A stretch of 64,000 bases of DNA from Adineta vaga (taxonomy: Eukaryota; Animalia; Rotifera). Below are positions 13,891 through 30,423 of this stretch, piece after piece. The position numbers and the translations under genes were made by a program. A model generated the notes under the pieces. That model was not told the origin of the DNA. It did no database searches and saw nothing but the letters and a program-made list of their open reading frames with translations. Each line of letters opens with the position of its first letter. The stretch's first letter is position 1. The stretch is from assembly GCA_021613535.1 (NCBI GenBank), contig CP075497.1:9548001-9612000 (forward strand), in the 5' to 3' direction.

Positions 13891-16800
13891 ATGTTAATGC
13901 CTCCTACGCCTACACAGTTATTAACTATTCATCAAACTGGTCAAACAGCTCCCACATCTACATCACCAGCTTTATCTCCATTAACTTCGTAAGTCATTTA
14001 AATATAAAGAATATTTTATATTTATCATTAAAAATATTTATTATTTAGATCCTCACCACCAGCAACTCAAACTGATCCATCACTAACTGATAATCCAGAA
14101 TATTTGTCTCAATTATTAAAAGATAAACGACAGTTAGCTGCTGTACCTAATATGTTCATGCATATCGAACGATTACTTGATCAAGGTTAGTAAATCTATT
14201 CTTTAAAATCAATGAATTTAAACATAACAAATTCAACTTCGTTTTATTCCTTAGAAATCAATAAAGTTCGAGTAAATCTATTTAATTTAAGTACACGTCC
14301 AAAAATGGAATTACCTGAACCTAATGGAGAAAAGAAAATCTTTCAAGAAAAAGTATTCATTCCGGTGCAACAACATCCTGAAGTAAGTTTTAATGAAAAA
14401 TTTTTGCATACTAATATCGTAATCTTACTTAAGTTCTATCATTCTGCTTTCTTTCTTTTTTTTTACCAACATATATAATAACAATGCATGAATCCTTTGT
14501 TCGATACTGTGCAGAAATAACAATAAGACAAAGAATTCACATGTACTTTATCAGTATTCATTGTTTACATTTATATGAAGTGTTCGTATCCGATAGAGTT
14601 TGAAAATTTTTGTACTCTAGATTCATTAGTTCGTCGATATTCAAACGGTAAAAAAAATAATTTATTTGACAAAGTCGTTTCTTGCTCTTTCAAAATTAAA
14701 AAAAATTAAATCAACACATATAAATATATATATATATATATATCTTGTCTAAAATTCACTACTACACTCTATGATCTATTTCTTTCTGATATGCTTCTGC
14801 ACAGTAAAAAAAAACACTTCAATCGACTCATTTGATTCACCAAAACCAAAACAACCAAATCAACAAACTACTGATTTCTCGTCTATTGCGCTCTAATCTG
14901 AAAATAACTTGATAGATTGAATTCTCACTATTTTCATATTTTCTCTATCTCTATCTATTTCTAAACAAAAAACAACAACTTTTAATTATCTTTCTAGTTT
15001 ATATATTGATCATCATGGGTGTGTGCGGTAATTCTTTTTTAATATAATCATATTCTGTCTTGCATGTTTATTGGCTCAATCCATATAATTTTGTTGTTCT
15101 TTTCTTTTCCCCTAATAACTCATTATTCGCCCATCGTTCGTTTGTGCGTGTCGCATGTCGAACAAAAAAAAACAAACAAACAAACTCAGCTAATCAAATT
15201 ACTATATTTATATCTCTAATTTCCAACTATACTTGTGTTCATATCACTACTCGATCGTGTTTTGATTTTTCGATATAACAAATCGCCTATTAACTTAATA
15301 ATTTCATTTTTGTTCTGTTTGACTTTTCTAGTTCAACTTTGTTGGTCGAATTTTGGGTCCACGAGGTATGACGGCGAAACAGCTTGAAGCAGACACGGGT
15401 TGTAAAATAATGGTACGCGGACGAGGATCAATGCGGGATAAACAAAAAGTAAAATCAAGACGATTTTCATGTGTTGTGAAAAAAAGGTCATTCGTTTTCC
15501 GTTTTTAGGAGGATCAAAATCGTGGCAAAGCAAATTGGGAACATCTCGATGAAGAATTGCATGTTTTAATTCAATGTGAAGATCATGAAAATCGTGCTTT
15601 AGTTAAACTTGAACGTGCGAAAGAAGAAATTCTCAAATTATTAAAACCAGCTGTAAGTAATCATATTTCATTCTATCAACATATTCTTCTTCTTCTTTTC
15701 AATGAAATTTCCAGGCTGAAGGTGAAGATGATTTGAAAAAGAAACAATTAATGGAATTAGCCATCATTAATGGAACTTATCGAGAACCAAATCTCTTTCA
15801 GAAAAAACTACAACAAATTCAATTTCCCAATAATCGTATGCCAATTGGTGCACCTTTGATATTAACACCTCGTATGCAACAAAATATTCTTGCTGCACAA
15901 ATACAATCAGGTGCAACACCAACTATGTTCGCATCGGCCAATGCACAAGGACAACAGACACTAACAGCTGTACCACAAGGTTCACTTATTCAAACAACAT
16001 CAGCAAATGGTGAACAGAATTTTGTTCAATTATTTGCACCATTCTCAGCACTTGATCAAATGGGAGGAATGCTTGCTGGTGGTGCTCAATTATTCGAATA
16101 TCCGACACAAATTGATCCAAGTCAAGCAAGTAAATATATATATATATATATATTGACTGGAAGAGGAAATTAAAATTATATTGAATTTTTTTCCTTTCCT
16201 AGCTTTTCCATTTCTAACTGCAGCCGCAACTTCGACACCAGCAGGTATCAAATTTAATTCTCTCTACCTTTTGTCGTCCGCTCTTCGGTCGTCACCACGC
16301 TCTTGCTGTTATTGCCACGAGAGGCATCATCATCATCATCAGCATCAGGATTTTCAACAACATCATCATCATCCACTCAATCAGCCTATGTATCAAAAAG
16401 TTCCTAATCATGTTAAAAGCTAGAATGATCATACTTTCTCTTCTTTCTATTTTTTTCTTTTTCTCTTTTCTAAACTTTGCTTTAACGCATGATCTCTTTT
16501 TTTATCTCACCACCAAAAATTAAAAGATTATTGACAAATCTTGCTTCTTTTTAAAAACCAAAACCAAAACACCTGAATGCACTTTCTAACTAAAATCAAC
16601 ATCAACAACTAAGTTAGCATAGTTAATCTGAATATAATTATTTCATGGCAATAACAGCAGGTGGCGTGCTTTTCCATTTAGATAGACAGTTTAGTTACGG
16701 GTGAGAATAGCTCAATAGATTGCAAATGTCTCTCTCCTTCTAGGCTCATTGATTCCATGATGATGAACAAAAAAGAAAAGAAAGAAACTAAGCATATGGC

Positions 16801-17114
16801 AATAAAATACGCTTAAAATCTCTTTTGAGCATCAGGTTTTCTTTTAATATAATTTCTTCTTTTTGTAAACGCTGTAGAACTGACTGACCTTTATACAACT
16901 GATTTTGTTTTTTGAAAATTTCATGTACATATTTATAATGAATAATATCTCACTGCTTTGTCTGCTCTTTTCTCTTCTTTACCGTGCAGGTGTAGCTACT
17001 AGATCAACAACCAACAATATTTCCGGAAACATGACACCTGGATCTGCAGCCTCTTCTATTTCTGCCCGTTATCAACCTTACACAATTCAACCACCTCGTT
17101 TAAATCGAACATAA
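13891..17114 (+). CDS. qki: Quaking / held-out-wings STAR (KH-QUA) RNA-binding protein
   Basis: Exons 13891-13988, 14049-14185, 14255-14382, 15332-15448, 15509-15652, 15715-16129, 16203-16244 and 16990-17114. QUA1 [10 protein letters not shown]...IERLLDQEINKVR; [39 protein letters not shown]; QUA2 [22 protein letters not shown]; terminal RYQPY. Confidence 0.95.
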
Positions 17115-19356
17115 ATTTCTTCTTCTAAATAACTAAAAAAAACCTTTAACACCAAAACAACTCATCACAACAACAACGGTTAGTTTATCTCTTCTTTTTT
17201 TTTGTCTAACAAAACCAAAGAGATCAATTCAATAATGTCTCGTTCATTTTGTGTTTTTCTTGCATGAAGAAAAAAACAACCTCTCTTTCATTTCTTCTTT
17301 TTCCTAACATTTCATCTTTATACTTTCGACAAAGCACGCGATATATTATTACTAATACCATTATTATTCTGTTCTCTGCTTGCTTCCTTGATAACAAAAA
17401 AACAAAAACAAAAAACTCTCTCATTTTTTTCCATAGATCTGTGATTCGTTTTTTTTCTCTCCACTGATCAAACGATCTTGTTCAAGTTCTTTTCTTTTCT
17501 TGTGTTTTTTTTCTCTCTTGTGATAAAACGTGAAATGGTCATTATCATTATTATTAACGACTTTTTCTAATGTATTATATTGAAAAAAAAGACTTTGTTT
17601 TTGTCAAATTTTTTTGTTCATTTTCTTTTTTCAATCGTATATGCATTCACCAGTGTTTGGTTACATTTCTTTTCTTTTTCTATACGAGTGTGTTTTTTTT
17701 TGTTATTGCCTAAGATCAAAATTTATGCTCTGATGCATATCGAACATTATATTAAAAAAAAAGGAATATAAAGTTGAGATGGTGTTTTTGATCAATATTG
17801 AAATATCTCATGTTTTGTGATTGACAAGATGAGAACACGAGAGATCGTAATTTCTGACAAGAACTATTAAAAGATGAATGGAAAAATAAGATTTCTTCAT
17901 TTTTTTGTCGAAAGAAATTTCTGTCAAACAAAGGACATACTCATTTCCCGTTTATTCTTTTCTCTTGTGCATAAGTCTGTTTTGTTTCGGATCTGTCAAT
18001 GTTAAAAATCAAAAGAATGAATGAACTGAAAAAATAGAAATCGATTAGAGTTTCCAAGAAAACATGTCAAAAGCAGAATTACAAATGAAGAAAGAATGGA
18101 ACTAGCAGAATTTTGACAGTATGCATATACAAATTCCGCTATCTCTCTATGAACAAATATGATAATGAAAAAAATATAATTAAGATCGTCGTTCGAGTAA
18201 ATATAAAGTTATCTTATAGTTGACAAGTGGAACTGAAATTTGTTTTTCGATAGAGAACTGATCTATTTTAGTTCGTGTTGGAGAAGGATTTGCATGTGAA
18301 TCGGTAAGTAATTAACTAAAAAAAGTCAGTAATAAAAGAATAAGTAAGTGATGAAATCTCAAGAGTATATCATGTAATTAAAAATAGAAAAAAAAAACTC
18401 CTCTTACTAAATATAATAATCTATTATATGTAATGAAGAATAGTTTCTCTTTTTGATTACTAAGCCTCATCTCAGTTAAGTTTGTTTTTTTGTTATTCAA
18501 ATCTCAATAGAGAATCGTTGTCAAATTGATCTACTTGGTTTTTTTTAATTTATCAACATATAATTATTATTTATGAACTAAAAGAAAACCGGAAGGAAAA
18601 GGGAAGAATAAGATATCAGTGTTTTTTCTATCACTCGATTTGAAATAATTATTAAAACACGAATTGATGATTTTTATAGCACAAGAAGCTTTTTTAATTA
18701 AAACGATATGTAACGAAGATATTCTAAGGTTCTCTCAGAATACAATAGACGGATTTAGATTTATAATAAGACGGCGAAATATTTCCGTATGAAAGATATT
18801 CTATGATTATACTTTTCTCGTCATTTTGTTATTCATCTTAGCATTATTATATTAAATTTTTACATGTATACGCCTTTCTTGTCGCTCACTAATGATAGAT
18901 GAACGACCGACGAAGCGACAATGAGAGATAGCTGACTAGCTTACTAGCCTGTTGGCTCTAAAAAAACGGATAAAGACAAGCATAAGCAACGTAAATGAGA
19001 AAGAAAAGAAACGAAGAAAGACCAAAAGCTACTTAGTAGCTCTAGGGAATAAAGAGAAAGATGTTTCTTTTTTGCCTGTCTGTTTTCTTCTATATTCATT
19101 TTTTCTATCTCTCGTTTTATCTTACGCACATAAACATCATCACCATCACTAGTGCTTTATGAAGGCCTTATTCTGATTCATATCGACTCATTTCTTTAGT
19201 TTTGATTTTTTTATTCCTTTCTTTCGAATAGATACGACTACGCAAAACACTCTTACATATGTATAGGTAATGGTTACATATCATTACATACATCAATTAT
19301 ATTTATTTATCGCTAACTACATAAATCTATTACCTACGAAATAATTCTCAACAAAT

Positions 19357-23178
<3,822 letters not shown>

Positions 23179-24729
23179 AAAAGACAAAACGAAATAAACC
23201 ACTATTTACATTTATTTTCTTTTCGTCGTCGTCTTCTTCTTCTTCTTCTTCTTCTTTTTCTTTTTTGTCAATCGGTGTATGTGTAATGTGTGTATGTCGA
23301 ATTTGCAATGTCTTTCTTTTTATTTTTTGTCTCTTGCATATTTACTTTCTCTTATCAACTAAAGACTATCCAGTACTAGTTACTGGATGAAAAAGAAACA
23401 TAATCTTGTTAAATATATATTCAATTGATAAAGAGATAATCTGATGAATTATGAGAGAAAGAAAGATAGAATTAATTATATTGACAACTATTCAGTCATG
23501 AACAGATTTCATGGATAAGAAAAAACTTTCTATAGAATCCAATTAGTAATAAAAATCAACACAATCAATACAGTTCTCCAGATGAACCTTGATATAGATT
23601 GTGGAATAGTTTTCTTTGCCTTTACTGATAAATTCTCTAGTTAATCTGTATATTCATAAGTTCTGATTCATATTACAAAAAAAACATTGAATTACCTTTC
23701 TTATCTAAAAAGAAAATCTCTTAACATTCTGCAATAAATCAACAATCAAACAAAATTCAGAACAGACTGACTCAAGGATTTCAAATTTTTACATTAACAA
23801 AACGAATTCTTACCTTTCGGACGATTGTTCTTATCGAATCTGAATCCGTATGATAATTTTTCAAGTATATTAGCTTAAATATAGATCTCTATGAAAATAA
23901 TACCTCAAATTTATTCTTCAGTTAAAATGCCAAACTTATCGATTGATGAATATCGAAGTATCTGAGATAGGATGCCATGTATTTCTTATCTTTCTCTTTT
24001 TTTTCGCTCTCTAACTCACTTCTCTCTAGTACTTACCAGAGAAGTAAATGTTGATCTACAACTATTTTGTTTTCTGTACATATAAATGTCAATTCTTCTA
24101 GTTAAATTTATTGTTTTTTGTAAAAATAATATGTGATTAAGGTAAGCAACCTAGTATGAGAAGAAGTCATTTTATTTATGATTGGAGATGAGAATATGAT
24201 GAATGGAAAACATTTTGTATGAATATTTTTATTAATTTTTGCTAGTTAAAATTGAAGACTGACGCAAAAACAAATACTATCAATATATATTTAAAGTATC
24301 TACATATAGAACCATAAGAATCTCTCTGAATTTATTAGTCATGTTAATCAAGAAACATTCATATTAATGTGAGCATGCATTGCATGATATTATGTAGAAA
24401 TATTCTGTTTCTGAAGGAATGTCTCTATCGAATAATAGAGACTTAATTATATCATAAGGGATTTACAAATTCTGTTTATTAGAGATTTGTTTTTATTACG
24501 AAAACATTGTCTTAACAAATAATTCGATAGATATCTTATACCATAGATTGATATTTTCTATGGAATGATCAAATAAATTTGTATTTATTCTAGAATGAAA
24601 ATTAATCTCTAAAATTCCAAACAACATTTTGTTCTTATCATCAATAAAATTCTTTTTACATTCTACCAATAGACTTTATTTTATCTCTTGTTCTGTTCTC
24701 ATTTTCTTATCATCATTTGAGAAACAAAG

Positions 24730-26653
24730 ATGCCTATATCATGTAAGACGAACCTAAATCTTTGCCGAATCGAACATTCTTCTAAAAATATTTTCATTAT
24801 AGTCAAAAAATTTGTATCAAGTTTCTTTACGGATACATTTCTTACTTATTCAACAGTCAAAGTTATTCAAGTACCAAATACACTTGTTGCTTCAATATAT
24901 CGTATAATTCAATTTATTATCATTGCTTACATTGCACTGTAAATAATCGATATTTTAACAAAAAAAAAGAGAAAGTTTGTCTTACGAAATTTTCTGTTGA
25001 TTGGTTTCAGTTACATTGTTTGGTATAAAAAAGGTTATCAACAATTCCAAGAACCACGTGGAACAAGTATTATTAAAGTCAAAGGAATTACTAAAGTCAC
25101 TGGAAATAATACGAATCAATATCTCTGTATGTGAATTAAAGATAATTTTATTTGTATAAATATATAATAAAAAAATTGTTTTGATAATTAAGCTGAAAAT
25201 ACGGGATATTTATGGGATACAGCTGAATATCAACTTCCGCCACTTGTAAATCAAAACAGAATCCTTCTTTATTAGATGTTTATCTTTGATTTATTTGTAG
25301 GAAAATAATGCATTTTTTATTGCTACAAGACAAATAGTAACTAATGATCAAACAGAACGTAACTGTGATAGTGTAAGTAAAAAGAAAAATATTTTCTAGA
25401 CTAAAATTTCATATTCAATTATAGGCAATTGAAGATAAATTATTTTGTAAAAACAATACAGATTGTCTACAAGGTCAACAAACTCCAAATACATTTGGTA
25501 AATTCTTCATATCTTGTTACATAATGTTTAAAATCTTATATTTTAGGTTATTTCACTGGTTATTGTGTTAATAGTTCAAGAAATTCTTCACTAAAAGTTT
25601 GTGAAATAAATGCTTGGTGTCCTGAAGAACTTACGAATTCTGTGTATGAAATGATTTCCTATGAAATCGAATTAAATTTTTGTTTTTCTTCCAGTGAATA
25701 CATTGCAGATATGAATGATATTCAAAATTTTACAGTATATTTAAAAACCATGGTAACATTTACATTATTTAATATAAACATGTTTGTTTTTATGATAAAG
25801 ATATTCTTTCGAAATGAATTAGTTGCTTTGCTTTTTCTTTTTAAGGAGAAATGTTCGTGATGACACGAATTTTTCATGTCGATATAATAAAGAGACAGAT
25901 TCACGATGTCCAATTATACGCATTGGTGACATTCTTAATAGTCTAAACACTAGTCAAACTGCTCTTTTACATGAAGTAACTATCATATTGTTAAAGAATT
26001 AATGATTGAAAGAATCATTTAGGGTGGTTTGATTGAAATTCGTCAAGATTGGACATGTAATTTTGATTTTCATCATGATAAATGTTATCCAACACTTACA
26101 TTCAGTTTGCTACAAAGTGGTGATGATAAACAATCTCCCGGTGTCAATTATCGGTAAGGAAATAGATTTTTAGCGATATTATTTTCATATCTCTCATAGA
26201 GCCGCTCAAAAATATCGTATGAATGATACAGACTTTCGAGCTCTATCAAAGATTTATGGTCTACGTTTTGTTTTGGCTATATCAGGAAAAGGTGGGCAAT
26301 TTGATATTGTCAATCTGTTTGTTGCTATTGGTTTGTTAAAAATGAAATTTCGTCGTTAAGAACAGTTCCATGTCATCTCTTTTCTTGTATAGGTTCTGGT
26401 ATTGGTTTTATGGTGATTGCAGATATTGTATGTGATACAATCTTTATGTATTTTCATAAAGCTCGAAAACAATATCGTGAAGGAAAATTCAATACATGTG
26501 AGATCAAAGCAAAAACAGCACGTTCAGATAAAGAAACCGTATGTGTGAATAAATATTTGTTAATTAATAAGATCTGTACATTATTCTTATGTTTAGAAAT
26601 TCCGAATGATATGTGAAGAAGCTTATGAATCAACGTCCAAGGATCGTTTTTAA
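24730..26653 (+). CDS. P2X: P2X purinergic receptor (ATP-gated cation channel)
   Basis: Many small exons. N-terminal YSTVK (YxTxK); TM1 followed by KKGYQ; KVKG; WDTAEY; CEINAWCP; NFT; CPIIRIGDI; GVNYR; SKIYGLRF; TM2 GSGIG...VCD; C-terminal YREGK (YxxxK). The last exon, 26597-26653, ends in TAA. Confidence 0.93.
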
Positions 26654-26822
26654 ATGAATAGCTATATATTTTTTTTTTCTTCTATATTTTCTATGAATTG
26701 TTAAATGAAAATAAAATGACACATTTATTTATCTACATTTCGATTGAAATCGTTGGTGTTGAATTTTTGTTTTTCAAATAAAAGAAACAATAAGAGAATT
26801 TGTGTTTTATATACAAAAATTT

Positions 26823-28240
<1,418 letters not shown>

Positions 28241-28435
28241 AATCTAAAACAGATTCTACATTATCGTTTTTCAATAAATAATAATCTTATTGTAACCAAA
28301 ATCGGTTTACAATAATATTCTCTAAAATAGCACCCAGTAATTTTTATTTAAATAATGAGAAAAATGGAAAACAGAGTTTCTTTTTTTTTTTGCACTTTAT
28401 CATTACAAATATGAGATTGCACGGAATGAGAAGAT

Positions 28436-30339
28436 TCAAAATTCATCTTTGTTTGGTTTCGCATTATGTTGATCGATATGTAATGTTGGAAGTGAATATT
28501 TTAATCGTTTTGCTGAACGATATGCCGAATGTTCTTTAACATATTTAACCATTTTACGTACAATACGAGTAAATTCATGTTTATCAAAGGCATAATTTGT
28601 AAATTTCTTATGTGGCGTTCCTAATGTTGGATGTTTGCCTTCATCTTGAGGATAGGCTTTCTCTTCATTTTCCCAAGTATAATATTTCACACCACGAAGA
28701 CGAGCAAGATCAAGATAACAATCTTTATCTTCACAGTTATGAATTTCAAAGATTGCTGCCCAATCAGGTAAGAAAAGTAAATGAGTTAGACCAGCACCAT
28801 GCATACCTAAAATGAAAATTTTCAAATTAAACAATCATTTATACAGAAAAAAACAAAATTGTTTTCTCAGTTAGTTCTAAGCTCAAAAACACAAATATTA
28901 TCCCTTGGTGATTATTCTAAATACGGTGTTCAATCTTTAGCAAAAGCAATTCGTGCATGTTTATATATATTTACTAGAAAATTCATGTATCTAAAAGATA
29001 AGTATATTAAATCGATTCATTCGAATTAAATAAAATTTACCCATGAAAATATCAGTATTATGAGTAATATTCAATTGTTGAATGAATGGCATATTTATAT
29101 TATAATCAACAACATTGATAATATAATCATTGTTTCCATTAGTTGAAATATTTCTTAAATGATCAACGATTTCGTTAACATTTAAAATTTGTCGAAATTG
29201 TGTCGTTCGATTCAATAATGTTATGCGTATTTGATTGGATTTCAGTGGACCTAATTGTGGTATACGTAGTCGATGAACTAAGTACTGTTGAAATGAACGA
29301 AATAAACTTGTTTGTGTACATCCAGGTATCAATGGCATGTTGTAATAGAAACCTAAATGAGTTTTTTTTTGCAATGAAATAGAATGTGATGAAGATTTGT
29401 TTTGTTTATCTTACCATAAAACATTCGAGCAAGAAATGAGAAGATTACATTTTGAAAACAGACACGTTTTCCTTCGAATTCTTTGATATGTATCAGTCGA
29501 TTTGATGTAAATGCATTCCATGTCGGCGAAAAGAAACTCCAATAATCATTACTACTTGTATCCCATAAAATAATTTGAATATCTTTTGTAAATGTATTAT
29601 TCATATGTTGAGAAACATATAGATTAATAAAATCACAAAAATGATGATACATATTATAACCACTATCAAGTTTAATCAATATTGTTGGTTTTGTTATTGT
29701 TAAATCACAATGGAAAGAATTTGTCTCATTAATTTCTTTGAAAACTTGTAATTCAGAAAACCAACTTTGTAATGGACTTTTATGATCACCATTTTTAATC
29801 AAATCATCATGATTTAATTTACAATAACCACCAATATCACCAAATTTTAATATATCTTCTCGATATCGGTCATGATATTTGGATGTTTCCGTATGTCGAA
29901 AATCGATATAGATATTTTTTGCACGACAAAATTTCAAATGATCAACACATTCAAGTGATGATGATGGTGATGGTGAACATATTTCTCTCAATTCATTACG
30001 TTTTTCTGCTATATAACCGAAATCAGCTGTTCGCCAAAATTCAGAAATTTGCTTTTCTTTTGTTGTTGTCCAACCACGACTGTCATCCGGACATTGAATA
30101 AGTGAAGCATTAGTTTTACAATTCGGTTCATAACCCCAACAAGCAGTGTCGGCTGATGGAAGATTTTGAGCTTGTTTATAATATGGACATTGATCGCCAT
30201 CCAAAAGACATTGCGTATGAATGGAAGGATTATTGGTAAAGAAATAAATTGCATGTTCAAAAGGAATATCAAGATCAGACCAATTATAACTATCACCAGA
30301 AACAAAGGCAAAGAATGTGAAGAAATATATAAATAACAT
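28436..30339 (-). CDS. EOGT: EGF-domain-specific O-GlcNAc transferase (GT61)
   Basis: Three exons. Signal peptide; CWGYE; [10 protein letters not shown]; HKSPLQSW; [13 protein letters not shown]; [17 protein letters not shown]; [11 protein letters not shown]; C-terminal KDEF (KDEL-like ER retention signal). Confidence 0.95.
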
Positions 30340-30423
30340 CTAAAAATCAACGAAAGAGAAGTAATAAATGAATGTTTTTCTTTTATGAAAGAAATGAAAA
30401 AAAAAAGGAAATGATGAAAGTTC

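Noticed and set aside
23368-23388. 8-bp hairpin in the kinase 3' region (also one at 24421-24442)
   Set aside because: Short stems like these are expected by chance in 64 kb.
24030-24050. acttaccagagaagta as a spliced-leader RNA gene
   Set aside because: Only a short partial resemblance to the rotifer SL as I recall it. The 5' part and a clear Sm site are missing.
24743-24802. Stop-free 60-nt intron in P2X (and a 63-nt one in GPR89 at ~62976-63038) that the ORF track reads through
   Set aside because: Canonical splice sites and family homology favour ordinary introns. A few stop-free 3n introns are expected among this many short introns.
28807-29040. Enlarged EOGT intron as a snoRNA host or alternative-acceptor site
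   Set aside because: No proper box C/D or H/ACA arrangement. The internal AG at ~28991 leads to an immediate stop and has no other support.
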